Source: Candidatus Woesearchaeota archaeon B3_Woes (lineage in GTDB: Archaea; Nanobdellota; Nanobdellia; Woesearchaeales; B3-WOES). From it: a DNA stretch of 64,000 nucleotides. The stretch covers positions 146,323 to 210,322 of the forward strand of contig NJBG01000001.1 in the NCBI GenBank assembly GCA_005222965.1, read 5' to 3'. Each line of letters opens with the position of its first letter. The stretch's first letter is position 1. Below the pieces are notes generated by a model. It had not been told where the DNA came from. It made no database searches and worked only from the letters and a program-made list of their open reading frames with translations. This document shows positions 28,908 to 39,541 of this stretch, in pieces. The position numbers and the translations under genes are program-made.

Positions 28908-29306
28908 TTAATCACCACCCTTTATATCCTTCATTACTTTATCTCCAAGAACTGTCCAGTACATTACTTGTACGCCTTCAACAACTTTATCTTTTAACTC
29001 TTCTGGAATTTCCAAATCAAAGGTTTCATAACTTACATTGTCCATAACATTTGCCTTATTACCATTTACTGACAAAACCTGTGCTGTCATTTTTTCAATA
29101 ATAGGAGTATCAATATTATCATGACCTGGCATTACAATAACTCTTTTTTTCTGGTCAATTAAACCAACTGCTTCTAATCTAACTTTTGCATGGCCATGTT
29201 TTCCAGGCCTAGAAGTCTGAATACTGCTTACTTTACAAGCAGCCCCATCTATTATAACACAATCTCCTTTTTTTACTGTTCCAACTGATTTTGGTTTAAT
29301 ACTCAT
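28908..29306 (-). CDS. eif5a: Translation factor aIF-5A
   Basis: Hypusine motif SRPGKHGHAK. Confidence 0.97.
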   Translation of the reverse strand: MSIKPKSVGTVKKGDCVIIDGAACKVSSIQTSRPGKHGHAKVRLEAVGLIDQKKRVIVMPGHDNIDTPIIEKMTAQVLSVNGNKANVMDNVSYETFDLEIPEELKDKVVEGVQVMYWTVLGDKVMKDIKGGD

Positions 29307-29515
29307 CTTTGTTTTAATGCTAACTTAACATCTCCTTCCTTTACTGTTTTTCTTCCGGCATGTGAAGCCAGTCTAACAGAATTAACTGCGATTTTTTCAG
29401 TAATTTCTTCAACAACATTTTTTAAAGCAACTTTTGCTTTATCAGAAACACGATCTGCACCTGCTTCTTTTAAAACTTTACCCATTGCTGCCAAAGGCAA
29501 TAATCTTTTTGACAT
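29303..29515 (-). CDS. Archaeal histone
   Basis: LPLA...LKEAGADRVS...A.HAGRKTVKEGDV. Confidence 0.95.
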   Translation of the reverse strand: MSKRLLPLAAMGKVLKEAGADRVSDKAKVALKNVVEEITEKIAVNSVRLASHAGRKTVKEGDVKLALKQR

Positions 29516-29614
29516 AATATTTACCTCAATTTTCTATCTAGAGAGAAATTAGAACTGTTTATAAAGTTTTCTAAAACCAATAGATTTTTATACAATCAGA
29601 ATTAAAATAGCCAT

Positions 29615-30838
29615 ATGGATGTCTTAAAAGAGGTCTTAAAGGACGTAAAACCCAAGGAAGAAGATGAGATTTTGATAGATAAAAAAATAAAAGATTTTAT
29701 GTCACGAATAAAAGTAAAAGATGCTAAAATAATTTTAGGGGGAAGCGGTGCAAAATCCACATGGCTAAAAACAGCAAACGATGCTGACATATTTGTACAG
29801 TTTAATTACAATCAATACAAAGATAAAAGCGATAAACTTAGTGATATCTTAGAAAAACAACTAAAAAAATCTTTTAAAAAAATAAACAGACTTCATGGAA
29901 GCAGAGATTATTTCCAGATAATAGAAAAAGGCTTCACATTTGAAATAATTCCAATAATTGAAATAAAAAAAGCAAACAAAGCATTAAATATAACTGATGT
30001 AAGCCCCTTACATGCTATTTTTGTTAAGAAATGTATAAATAAAAAATTAGCAGATGAAATAAGACTAATGAAACAGTTCTGCAAAGCAAATAAAATATAC
30101 GGCGCAGAATCATACATAAATGGCTTTTCAGGATACATGTGCGAACTATTAGTTATCAACTACAATGGTTTTCTAAAACTACTAAAAGCGGCATCAAAGT
30201 GGAAAGATAAAGAAGTTATTGACATAAAAAAATTTTATAAAGGAAAAAATATATTTTTAGAGATGAATAAAAGCAAAACATATTCTCCAATTATAATGGT
30301 TGATCCAGTACAAAAAGACAGGAACGCTGCAGCTGCTCTAAGTTTTGAGAAATTTGATATATTCAGAAAAAAAGCAAAAGAATTTCTTAAAAAACCTTCT
30401 ACTAAATTTTTTCAAGAAAAAGAATTTGACCCAACTAAATTAAAGGATTATATAATTGTAGAGATAAAACCAATAAAAGGCAAACAAGATGTAGTAGGGG
30501 CCAAATTACTAAAAACATTTAATTTTCTAAAAAAAGAATTGTCAAAAGAAGGATTTAAAATTCAAAAACAAGGATGGGATTGGGATAAAGGCAAAAAAGC
30601 ACATTTCTATTTTAAAATCATCAAAGATGTTGACAAACTTAAAATCATAGAAGGACCTTCAACAACTATAAAAGAGCATGTCTTGAATTTTAAAAAGAAA
30701 CATAAAACTACATTTACCAAAAATAAACAAATTTTTGCTAAAGAAAAAAGAAAGATTACAAAACCAAAAGATTATGTTAAAGAACTACTAAAAAAAGATT
30801 ATGTTAAAGAGAGGGTTAAAGAAACGAATTTAAAATGA
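29615..30838 (+). CDS. cca: CCA-adding enzyme (class I)
   Basis: GSGAKSTWL...DADIF, D.SP.H, YGAE...GFSGY.CELL, DPVQKDRNAAAA. Confidence 0.93.
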   Translation: MDVLKEVLKDVKPKEEDEILIDKKIKDFMSRIKVKDAKIILGGSGAKSTWLKTANDADIFVQFNYNQYKDKSDKLSDILEKQLKKSFKKINRLHGSRDYFQIIEKGFTFEIIPIIEIKKANKALNITDVSPLHAIFVKKCINKKLADEIRLMKQFCKANKIYGAESYINGFSGYMCELLVINYNGFLKLLKAASKWKDKEVIDIKKFYKGKNIFLEMNKSKTYSPIIMVDPVQKDRNAAAALSFEKFDIFRKKAKEFLKKPSTKFFQEKEFDPTKLKDYIIVEIKPIKGKQDVVGAKLLKTFNFLKKELSKEGFKIQKQGWDWDKGKKAHFYFKIIKDVDKLKIIEGPSTTIKEHVLNFKKKHKTTFTKNKQIFAKEKRKITKPKDYVKELLKKDYVKERVKETNLK

Positions 30839-31680
30839 GAAATATTTTAGAAACTTTTTTAGTTATGTTGCGTGGATTTTTTATGGGAATAGCTGACATA
30901 ATCCCTGGAGTTTCTGGCGGAACAATAGCTCTAATAACAGGTATATATTCGAAACTTATTGACACAGTAAGTAAAATTTCTGATTTTGTTTTATCTTTAA
31001 TAAAATTAGACAAAAAAAACATAAAGAAAAATTTTAAGAAAATAGATTTTTGGTTTATTCTGCCTCTAATTATTGGAATTGCATTAGCGTTTCTAATATT
31101 ATCAGGAGTAATAACCTTTATGCTTAAGAGCTACACAGCATCAACCTATTCTTTTTTCTTTGGTTTGATATTAGCATCTTCATACTTTGTCTATAAAAAA
31201 ATTAAAAAGATAAACACTAAAACAATAACATTTTTTGTAATAGGTCTAATCTTTGCTTTCTTTTTTGTTGATCTTGGTGTTACAGATAAAATAGGCCATT
31301 CCTATTCAACTCTATTTTTCTCAGGTGCTCTTGCAATATGCGCAATGATCCTTCCAGGAATTTCAGGAGCGTTTATCTTATTACTATTAGGCCAATATGA
31401 ATATGTTCTAAACATAATACACAATCTAGAAATTTTAAAAATAATTATTTTTATAATTGGAGCAGGAACAGGATTACTTTTGTTTTCTAAGCTATTAAAT
31501 TATTTGTTAAAAAAACATAAATCACCTACAATGGCATTCCTAACAGGATTAATGTTAGGTTCCTTAAGATTACCATATCAAAACATAACTCAAAATCTAA
31601 CTTCACCACTTCCCTCAATAATTATAGTTTTGATCGGATTCTTCTTAGTTATAATTCTAGAAAGTTCTTTTAACAAATAG
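30835..31680 (+). CDS. DUF368 polyprenyl-phosphate translocase family membrane protein
   Basis: MGIADIIPGVSGGT and AMILPGISG motifs. Confidence 0.9.
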   Translation: MRNILETFLVMLRGFFMGIADIIPGVSGGTIALITGIYSKLIDTVSKISDFVLSLIKLDKKNIKKNFKKIDFWFILPLIIGIALAFLILSGVITFMLKSYTASTYSFFFGLILASSYFVYKKIKKINTKTITFFVIGLIFAFFFVDLGVTDKIGHSYSTLFFSGALAICAMILPGISGAFILLLLGQYEYVLNIIHNLEILKIIIFIIGAGTGLLLFSKLLNYLLKKHKSPTMAFLTGLMLGSLRLPYQNITQNLTSPLPSIIIVLIGFFLVIILESSFNK

Positions 31681-31778
31681 AGAAATTTGTATACTAAAAA
31701 TCAAAAAATTTATATAGTCTTATTCTTAAAAGTGCTATAAGGGTGGAAATCCTTAATATTAAATAAGAGGTGTAAACC

Positions 31779-32138
31779 ATGGATAAAAAAGTAGGTGCTT
31801 ATTCCTTTACGGTTGGCGTGGTCCTAGCAGTAATCTTAGGATTGTTTTCAGCTTACCTTGGAGGGCAGGTCTCTGCAATATTGGTTTCATTACTAGTTCT
31901 TTTGGGACTCTTTGTTGGTTTCCTAAATGTAGCTGGAAAAGAAACTAAAGAATTTCTAATAGTAGCAACAGTATTAGTCATCGCTACTAGCCTAGGAGGA
32001 GCTACCGCAACTCTTGGAGGAGTTCAATATATTGGCGGATATTTAGTCGGCATCTTTACCCACATTATGGCATTTGTAGTACCAGCCGTAGTAGTTGTTG
32101 GATTAAAAGATGTAGTAAGATTAACAAAAACACCATAA
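31779..32138 (+). CDS. Small 4-TM membrane protein
   Basis: Hydrophobic 119-aa ORF; SD GAGGTG; T-rich tract downstream. Confidence 0.8.
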   Translation: MDKKVGAYSFTVGVVLAVILGLFSAYLGGQVSAILVSLLVLLGLFVGFLNVAGKETKEFLIVATVLVIATSLGGATATLGGVQYIGGYLVGIFTHIMAFVVPAVVVVGLKDVVRLTKTP

Positions 32139-32232
32139 TTTTACGTATTTTTTTTATTTTTTTATTTTTTTAAAAACACAGAAACACTTAATGATAGATA
32201 TATTCACAGAATAAATTTATAAAAAAATGGAT

Positions 32233-33009
32233 TTACTTCTCTTCTTTTGGAGCTTCTTCTTTATCTTTAGTTTCTTCTTTTACAGGCACTTCTTCTCCTT
32301 CTTTAGGTTTAGCTTCTTCTGATGGCATTAATTCCTTAATAAGCATATCAGGAATCTTTGCTTCTTTTAATTTTGCTTTGATTGCAAAAGCTTCTTTACC
32401 AGACATAGAAGATATAATTTCTTTAGCTGTAGTTTCAAACTCTTCTTTTCTCTTTTCAAACTCAGCTGTTAATTTCTTTTTCTCTTCTTCTAATTTCTTT
32501 TTATCTTCATCAGATAATTCTGTCTTTTCTTCTTTTATTTTCTGATCAAATTTTCCTTCATTAACTAATTTAATAGCATCTACAGCAGGTTGTCCTTCAA
32601 CCAATATACCCATAGAATTACATGTTCCTATAATTTCCTTAACCTTTTCCTTAAGTGATTTACCAAGTAAATTTGATTCTTTCATTTTAGAAACCTTAAT
32701 TATTTGTTCAATAAGAACATCTGCAACTTTGTCTTCTTTAGGATTTCCTGAGCCTTTTTCAATTCCAGCTTCTTTTTTTAACAAAGCAGAAGCCGGTGGA
32801 GTACCTACACTTATCTCAAACTCTTTTGTTTCTTTATCTATGGTAACTTCTACAGGAACATTCATTCCTTTGAAATTTGCAGTCTTTTCATTAATAGCAG
32901 AAACAACCTGTCCAATATTAAGACCCATTGGTCCTAAAGCAGGTCCTAAAGGAGGTGCTGCTGTTGCTTTTCCCCCTTCTACTAATACTTTTATCGACTC
33001 AGTTGCCAT
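32233..33009 (-). CDS. rpl11: 50S ribosomal protein L11 with C-terminal extension
   Basis: GGKATAAPPLGPALGP, VGTPP, GTCNSMG. Confidence 0.96.
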   Translation of the reverse strand: MATESIKVLVEGGKATAAPPLGPALGPMGLNIGQVVSAINEKTANFKGMNVPVEVTIDKETKEFEISVGTPPASALLKKEAGIEKGSGNPKEDKVADVLIEQIIKVSKMKESNLLGKSLKEKVKEIIGTCNSMGILVEGQPAVDAIKLVNEGKFDQKIKEEKTELSDEDKKKLEEEKKKLTAEFEKRKEEFETTAKEIISSMSGKEAFAIKAKLKEAKIPDMLIKELMPSEEAKPKEGEEVPVKEETKDKEEAPKEEK

Positions 33010-33296
33010 AGTAAGAAAAAGGTTTTTGATGTGTTTATAAAAGTATCGGAAAAGAATAAGAATAATGGCTGGCCGCCAAAACCAGCCATAATCTTTAGGG
33101 TATATAGCAAATATCCTAAATAATCGAACATGAATTGATATTTGCTATATTTGAAAATCCTAACAATTTGTTCGATTTCTTAGGATTTTCATTATACCTC
33201 TTTTTCCCTTGACAACTAAAAAACATAATGGCTCCCTAAATTTGTAAAGTGTGGGGTGGTTTACAAAGAAATATATTATAGGGAGCCTATTAATCA

Positions 33297-33713
33297 TCAT
33301 TTCTTTGTCTTAAAAGCATGAGCGGGTTTTTGAAATTCTTGCTTCCACATAAGACCTATCTTCAAAATATCATTGTAAAATTTGTCACTTAATTTATAGG
33401 TCTTTTTGTACAAGTCATAATCAATTATCCCCATGCTTTTCATTGGAGTTAATATTCTATCGTAAAATTGTCGTTTGTTATAACTCAATTTTACACGCTT
33501 TCCTTTGTATGAAGGTTCATCAATCTCTGTTTTAAAATTACCTTCATGTAATTCTGTGGCAAATAAACTCATCTCAGTTTTTGTAATCTCTTTATCATTA
33601 TCTTTGATATATTCTATAAGTGCTTTTGCTACAATAATCTGTTGCTTAGTAGCAAATATTACCTCAAATATGTCTTCAGGTAAATTAAACCGATCGAATA
33701 ATATTACCATCAA
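33297..33713 (-). CDS. Hypothetical protein, possibly winged helix
   Basis: 138-aa ORF with own TATA; FY..IL..MKSMGII.Y...KKTYKLS. Confidence 0.7.
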   Translation of the reverse strand: MMVILFDRFNLPEDIFEVIFATKQQIIVAKALIEYIKDNDKEITKTEMSLFATELHEGNFKTEIDEPSYKGKRVKLSYNKRQFYDRILTPMKSMGIIDYDLYKKTYKLSDKFYNDILKIGLMWKQEFQKPAHAFKTKK

Positions 33714-33840
33714 TAGTTATATAATGATACTAGTATATAAATGTTTCTATTTTGTACATTAGTATAGCTTTTCGTATACTCTTTATGTTCTTATAATTAA
33801 TAAAGTTTAAATAACAATACAATTTTCTAAATAAAATAAG

Positions 33841-34794
33841 ATGGACAAAAATCTGGCTTTAGAATTTGTTAGAATCACAGAAGCAGCAGCTATTTCTTGT
33901 GCTCGGTGCATGGGTCAAAATGATAAGATACAAGCAGATAAAATGGCAGTTGATGCTATGAGAAAACGTTTTAATTATGTTGATTTCAAAGGCAAGGTTG
34001 TTATTGGTGAAGGTGCAAAAGATGAAGCACCAATGTTATTCGACGGAGAAGAGCTTGGAACAGGTAATGGTCCTGAAATGGATATTGCGGTTGATCCACT
34101 AGAATGCACTTCAAATTTATCTAAAGGAAAACCAAACGCCATATCAGTTTTAGCAGCAGGTCCTAAAGGATCATTACTAGATGCTCCTGGAAGTTATATG
34201 GATCAATTAACTGTAGGCCCAAAAGCAAAAGGAGTAATTGATATTAAAGCTCCTATAAAAGAGAATCTTAAGAATATTGCTCAGGCACTTGGCAAAGATA
34301 TTAAAGATCTTACTGTCGTAATTTTAGAAAGAGATCGTCATAAAGAAATGATAAAAGAGATAATTAAAACAGGTTCAAGAGTAAGACTAATAGAACACGG
34401 TACAATCTCTGCTGGTGTTGCTCCTGTTGTTCCAGATTCAGGAATAGATGTTATGATGGGAATAGGTGGTGCTCCAGAAGGAGTTATAACTGCAGCAGCT
34501 CTAAAATGTATGGGTGGAGACATGCAGGGAATTTTAAAACCCCATAAACCTGAATTTAAACAACAAGCAATTGACAGAGGATTGGATTTGGATAAAGTAT
34601 ATAGTATGGATGATCTAGCTAAAGGGGATAGACTTGTTTTTGCTGCAACAGGTGTGAGCGATGGTCCTTTACTTAAAGGAGTTGTTTTTACTAATTATGG
34701 TCAACTAACTCATTCACTTGTTATGAGATCTAAATCAGGTACAATAAGATATCTTGAAACTCATCATCATGAAACAATTCCAGAAAAAAAATAA
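33841..34794 (+). CDS. glpX: Fructose-1,6-bisphosphatase class II
   Basis: VIGEGAKDEAPML, DIAVDPLECT, GIGGAPEGV. Confidence 0.95.
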   Translation: MDKNLALEFVRITEAAAISCARCMGQNDKIQADKMAVDAMRKRFNYVDFKGKVVIGEGAKDEAPMLFDGEELGTGNGPEMDIAVDPLECTSNLSKGKPNAISVLAAGPKGSLLDAPGSYMDQLTVGPKAKGVIDIKAPIKENLKNIAQALGKDIKDLTVVILERDRHKEMIKEIIKTGSRVRLIEHGTISAGVAPVVPDSGIDVMMGIGGAPEGVITAAALKCMGGDMQGILKPHKPEFKQQAIDRGLDLDKVYSMDDLAKGDRLVFAATGVSDGPLLKGVVFTNYGQLTHSLVMRSKSGTIRYLETHHHETIPEKK

Positions 34795-34811
34795 AATTTA
34801 GAGGTATTAAA

Positions 34812-35804
34812 ATGGTAAGCTACAAAGATCTTGGTTTGGTAAACACAAAAGAAATGTTTGATAAAGCTGTGAAAGGCGGTTATGCAGTTCCTGCTTATAA
34901 TTTCAATAATATGGAACAGCTGCAAGCCATAATAAATGGCTGCGGTAAAAGTAATTCTCCTGTAATTATACAAGTTTCTAGTGGAGCAAGAAAGTATGCA
35001 AACCAAACTCTATTAAGATATATGGCAGAAGGTGCTGTCAAAATGGCAAAAGAATTAGGTTATAATATTCCTATTGCACTGCATCTGGACCATGGAGATA
35101 CTTTTGAACTATGTAAATCATGCATTGACAGCGGTTTTTCATCTGTAATGATTGATGGAAGTGCACATTCATATGATGAAAATGTTAAGCTAACAAAACA
35201 AGTCGTTGATTATGCTCATCAACATGATGTAAGTGTTGAAGGTGAATTGGGTGTATTGGCTGGAATAGAAGATGATGTTAAAGCTGAAGAATCCACATAC
35301 ACAAAACCAGAAGATGTTGAAGATTTTGTAAAAAAAACAGGAGTAGATTCACTAGCAATCTCAATTGGAACATCACATGGAGCATATAAGTTTAGACCAG
35401 AACAATGTACTAAGAATAAAGAGGGTGTTTTTGTTCCTCCCCCTTTAAGATTTGATATTTTAGAGGAAATCGAAAAACGTATTCCTGGTTTTCCTATTGT
35501 TTTGCATGGCTCTAGTTCAGTTCTGCCAAAATATGTTGAAACCATCAATAGCAATGGAGGAAATCTAAAAGCAGCAGTAGGAATACCTGAAGATCAATTA
35601 AGGGAAGCTGCTAAATCTGCTGTCTGTAAAGTGAATATTGACTCAGATGGAAGATTGGTTGTTACTGGAATAATCAGAAAAGTTATGGCTGAAAAACCAG
35701 AGGTGTTTGATCCAAGAAAATATCTAGGACCAGCACGTGAAGAACTGATGAATATGATTATTGACAAAAATAAAAATGTTTTAGGAAGCGCTGATAAAGC
35801 CTAG
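34812..35804 (+). CDS. fba: Fructose-bisphosphate aldolase class II
   Basis: LHLDHG, SVMIDGS, GTSHGAYK, VLHGSS, FDPRKYL. Confidence 0.96.
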   Translation: MVSYKDLGLVNTKEMFDKAVKGGYAVPAYNFNNMEQLQAIINGCGKSNSPVIIQVSSGARKYANQTLLRYMAEGAVKMAKELGYNIPIALHLDHGDTFELCKSCIDSGFSSVMIDGSAHSYDENVKLTKQVVDYAHQHDVSVEGELGVLAGIEDDVKAEESTYTKPEDVEDFVKKTGVDSLAISIGTSHGAYKFRPEQCTKNKEGVFVPPPLRFDILEEIEKRIPGFPIVLHGSSSVLPKYVETINSNGGNLKAAVGIPEDQLREAAKSAVCKVNIDSDGRLVVTGIIRKVMAEKPEVFDPRKYLGPAREELMNMIIDKNKNVLGSADKA

Positions 35805-37687
35805 CTTTTATTATTTTCAAAAAATTCTTTTATTTCTTTTTCATAATTAGTTGTTATTCTAATATCAGTGTCAGCAAAACATTTTTTATAATTAGGCCAG
35901 GCATATCTTTCATCTAAAAAAACAATAACTCCTTTATCTTTTTCAGATCTTATACACCTTCCTGCATTCTGCATTGACCTAAGGATAGCAGGATACAAGT
36001 AACCATAATCCCATCCATTGCCAAATTTTCCATCATAATATTTGATTAGTTCTTTTGTTTCTAGATCTGGTTTTTGTAATGGAATTCCAACAACAACAAC
36101 ACACTTTAACAAATCTCCTGGCAAATCAACACCCTCTCCAAAACTTCCAGAAGCTACCCCTAATAAAACAGCTCCTTTTTTACTTTCATTTTTAAATTCC
36201 TCTAACAAATCGTATTTTCCTTCTTTGCTCAATCTAGGAATCTCTCTTATAATTCTTTTTTTGGAAAATTCTGAAAAATATTTATTTACCTGATCCATCA
36301 AAAGATAACTAGGAAGGAATATAGCTGAGTTTCCTTCAACTAAATTTGTTATATTACTGCATATTTTTGCAATTTCCTTAAACTGGTCCTCATTTCTTTG
36401 GGTAAACTTTGTTGTTGTTTTAGGAACAATCAAAGTAAGTTTATTTTTTTTAGGAAAAGGATTTTCAAACTCTTTTTGAGAAGTTTTATTTTCAGGAAAC
36501 CCTAACAAATTTTTATACATCTCTGTTGGGTTTAAAGTTCCTGACATCAAAATTGTTGAGAAAGAGTGTTCCATAACAACAGCAGAAAACAACGAAGGGT
36601 CCAAACACCTGTAACTTAATGTAATAATCTTTTTATCTTTATTTTTTATAATATCAATTATTCTCGAAAATCCTTTATCAGGGCCTTGCCAATGACTTAA
36701 GAAAGAAGAAATACTTCCAATATAACTTGATCTTTGTTTTTCTCTGATTTCATCTGCTGCAGATTCCATCTCAGATATTAATTCATCATAATCTTCAATT
36801 TCTTTAAAGAACTCTTCTTTCTCAACTAATGTTTCTGTTTCATTATTTTTTATTTTTTCTGACAATAGTTTTATTAAATGTTCAATCTCTTTTAGTTTAG
36901 GAACTAATTCATGAAACTTGAATTTTTTTGCTTCTTTGATTGCTCTATCTAAAATATATGTGCTTAATTTGTTTGTAAACAAATTTCTTATCCTGTCTGG
37001 CAAATTATGACCTTCATCAACAACAATTATAGAATCTTCTAATTTTTTTCCAATCTTATTAAAAAAGTTTTCGCTAATAGTTGGATTAAAAATATAATAG
37101 TAATCAGCAATAATCACATTTGCTTCTCTTGCCAAAATTGCTGACATTTCATAAGGACATAACTTTGATTTTCCACAAACATCAATAAGTTGTTCAGAAT
37201 GTGCAGGTGAAAGTTTCTTTAATTCAGAAATTATCTGTTTAGCTTTAATAGTTGGCTTTCCATCTTTCTTTTTTGTATTTTCATAAAACTCACATTCGTG
37301 TTTTTCTTTGACAGATTTACAATATTCATGGAATTCATTTGGATATAAATCCTTAACATGATCCTGAACACACATTGATTGTTTTCCAACCAAATCAACG
37401 ACATTGAAATTTAGATTATGTGTTTCTTTTATATGCTTTAAAGTGTCTACAGCAAGCTTGTGTTGTGTATGTCTTGATGTTAGAAAGAATATTGTCAAAT
37501 CTTTTTTGCTTAAAGCAAAACTCAAAGCAGGAGATAATGTTGCTGCAGTTTTTCCTAAGCCAGTTGGAGCATGCACAATCAAATTTTTTTGATTCTTTAT
37601 TGTATCATAAACTAAATTAACCAATTCAGTCTGGATTGGTCTTACTTTTTCATAAGGAAACAATAATTCCTTGTATTTTTCTTCCAT
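35801..37687 (-). CDS. XPD/Rad3/DinG-family FeS DNA helicase
   Basis: APTGLGKT, FeS cysteines, DEGHN, SGT, EGVD, QNAGRCIR. Confidence 0.92.
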   Translation of the reverse strand: MEEKYKELLFPYEKVRPIQTELVNLVYDTIKNQKNLIVHAPTGLGKTAATLSPALSFALSKKDLTIFFLTSRHTQHKLAVDTLKHIKETHNLNFNVVDLVGKQSMCVQDHVKDLYPNEFHEYCKSVKEKHECEFYENTKKKDGKPTIKAKQIISELKKLSPAHSEQLIDVCGKSKLCPYEMSAILAREANVIIADYYYIFNPTISENFFNKIGKKLEDSIIVVDEGHNLPDRIRNLFTNKLSTYILDRAIKEAKKFKFHELVPKLKEIEHLIKLLSEKIKNNETETLVEKEEFFKEIEDYDELISEMESAADEIREKQRSSYIGSISSFLSHWQGPDKGFSRIIDIIKNKDKKIITLSYRCLDPSLFSAVVMEHSFSTILMSGTLNPTEMYKNLLGFPENKTSQKEFENPFPKKNKLTLIVPKTTTKFTQRNEDQFKEIAKICSNITNLVEGNSAIFLPSYLLMDQVNKYFSEFSKKRIIREIPRLSKEGKYDLLEEFKNESKKGAVLLGVASGSFGEGVDLPGDLLKCVVVVGIPLQKPDLETKELIKYYDGKFGNGWDYGYLYPAILRSMQNAGRCIRSEKDKGVIVFLDERYAWPNYKKCFADTDIRITTNYEKEIKEFFENNKS

Positions 37688-37832
37688 AGACCACTAAAAA
37701 AAGGCAAGCTTTAAATAGCTATTTATATTTTGATTGATTAGACTAAAGAAATATATACAAGGTAAAATAACAAAAAGAAACCTTTATATATAACATATAT
37801 TTTACAGACTATATGATCGGGGGGATACAATA

Positions 37833-38105
37833 ATGGTTGAAAACAAGGCTATTTTCAATGTTTTTTTCAGAGAAAAACCAGCAATGATGTTGGTCAACTT
37901 GAAAAATGCCAAAGGATCAATCTATGCTTCATCTTTAGCCAAACAAATCGATTGCACATATTCTCATGTTGTTAAGATTCTTCAAGAAATGGAAAAAAAC
38001 GAGTTAATAAATTTTGATAAACAAGGAAGATTAAAGCTATTAACTCTAACAAAAAAAGGATCTGATGTTGCAGATCATATTGCTAACATTAAAAACGTTT
38101 TATAA
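37833..38105 (+). CDS. MarR-like winged-helix regulator
   Basis: YASSLAKQIDCTYSHVVKIL...GR.K.L.LT.KG. Confidence 0.85.
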   Translation: MVENKAIFNVFFREKPAMMLVNLKNAKGSIYASSLAKQIDCTYSHVVKILQEMEKNELINFDKQGRLKLLTLTKKGSDVADHIANIKNVL

Positions 38106-38110
38106 GAATT

Positions 38111-39532
38111 CTACTCAATTTTTTCTTCAATTGAATTAAGCTTTAAGACTCTTTTGGCCTCTTCTATAACATCTCTTTCTTTAGATGTCGGGATAATTGC
38201 ACCAGCAGCAGCTGCATGGCCTCCAGACTCTGCATTCTCAATATTTTTTGTTATAGTTTCTATAACCTCTTTTAGATTAACATTATTATTATTTCCAGCA
38301 ATTCTCAAAGAAACCTTTGACGTATCTTCAACTATATTTCTTGCCAAAGACATTATGAAAGTGCCTTTTTTAAGTTCATTTGATTTGGATAATATAGAAG
38401 CAACAGTTCCTGCCATAGAGACTAAGATATTTTCTTTTGCATTTATAATAATAAAGCCGTTTTCTGTAATTATATCTTTGCTCTCTCTATTATCATTATA
38501 CCATCTCATGCCTTTAACAATCTCTCTTTTGTAATTCTCGGCATTTGCAAGTGCTTTTTTCTTGGCTGTTTTATCGTTTAAACAAACACCAATTCCAATA
38601 GAAGCCTTGTTTAATCTTCCGCATGAATTTAACAGTGTAGCAAATTCCTTTGCATCTCTTAGTGACGATTCTTCTTTTTCATTATTCAACACATAAATAT
38701 TTCCAATTACATCTTCAGGATTATCCTCATCAACCCTTCTCATTATAACAGCTCCTATTAGTTTCTTTATCTCTTCATCATTTAGATGGATCATTTTTTT
38801 CCATCCTTTTTTATCTTTTGGGTTAATTCCTATCTGCTGCAAAAATTGTATTGCACCAGATTCTGAACCAGACACACCTGGAATAAAAGGATCTGAACAA
38901 TACTCTAATGTTTTATGTAATGGTTTTGTCTGCATTCCAAAAACCCTTAATCCTTTTTTTACAGTAATATGCCCTTCATCAATTGCCATTTGTAGAATAT
39001 CATTATTTAGTTTCTGAAATCCTTTATCTTCTTGGATATCTCCAATTGCTCCAATAACAGCGACATAAGCCATATCTTTTTTATTGTTTAATTTGTTTGT
39101 AAAAAGAAATGTAACTCCTGAACCAGATATTTCAGTTCCGCCATCAATACCGTGCAAATGAGGATTAACATGAACAATGTTATCATCCAACTCTGCTTCG
39201 TTGGGTGTATGATGATCCAACACAAAAACATTTTTTCCTTTTAGATGTTTATTGATTAAGTCTAATTGTCCAGCTCCTAAATCAGTAAAGAAATAATTTT
39301 TGTAATCTTCCTTGCTTATATTTTTTAGAACCTGTTCATTTAGTTGCTGAACAATTGAAATAGAATAATTTCTATTGTCATTATTTAATGCCTTAAGCAA
39401 TATTGCACATGCACATATTCCATCTGCATCTAAGTGGGATATAACTCTTATCCTCTCTTTTTTGTTTAAGGCCTTAAATTTAGCAACAGCTTCTTCTATG
39501 TTCTTTTCAAATTGTTTATAATCCTTCTCCAT
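38111..39532 (-). CDS. RecJ-like DHH/DHHA1 phosphoesterase
   Basis: SHLDADG, DLG, DHH, GGH motifs; adjacent to rps15. Confidence 0.9.
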   Translation of the reverse strand: MEKDYKQFEKNIEEAVAKFKALNKKERIRVISHLDADGICACAILLKALNNDNRNYSISIVQQLNEQVLKNISKEDYKNYFFTDLGAGQLDLINKHLKGKNVFVLDHHTPNEAELDDNIVHVNPHLHGIDGGTEISGSGVTFLFTNKLNNKKDMAYVAVIGAIGDIQEDKGFQKLNNDILQMAIDEGHITVKKGLRVFGMQTKPLHKTLEYCSDPFIPGVSGSESGAIQFLQQIGINPKDKKGWKKMIHLNDEEIKKLIGAVIMRRVDEDNPEDVIGNIYVLNNEKEESSLRDAKEFATLLNSCGRLNKASIGIGVCLNDKTAKKKALANAENYKREIVKGMRWYNDNRESKDIITENGFIIINAKENILVSMAGTVASILSKSNELKKGTFIMSLARNIVEDTSKVSLRIAGNNNNVNLKEVIETITKNIENAESGGHAAAAGAIIPTSKERDVIEEAKRVLKLNSIEEKIE

Positions 39533-39541
39533 TTACTACCT

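Noticed and set aside
33009..33192. Amber read-through joining the mini-ORF to rpl11 in frame
   Set aside because: Needs two TAG read-throughs; TAG is a normal stop in this window and rpl11 has its own TATA
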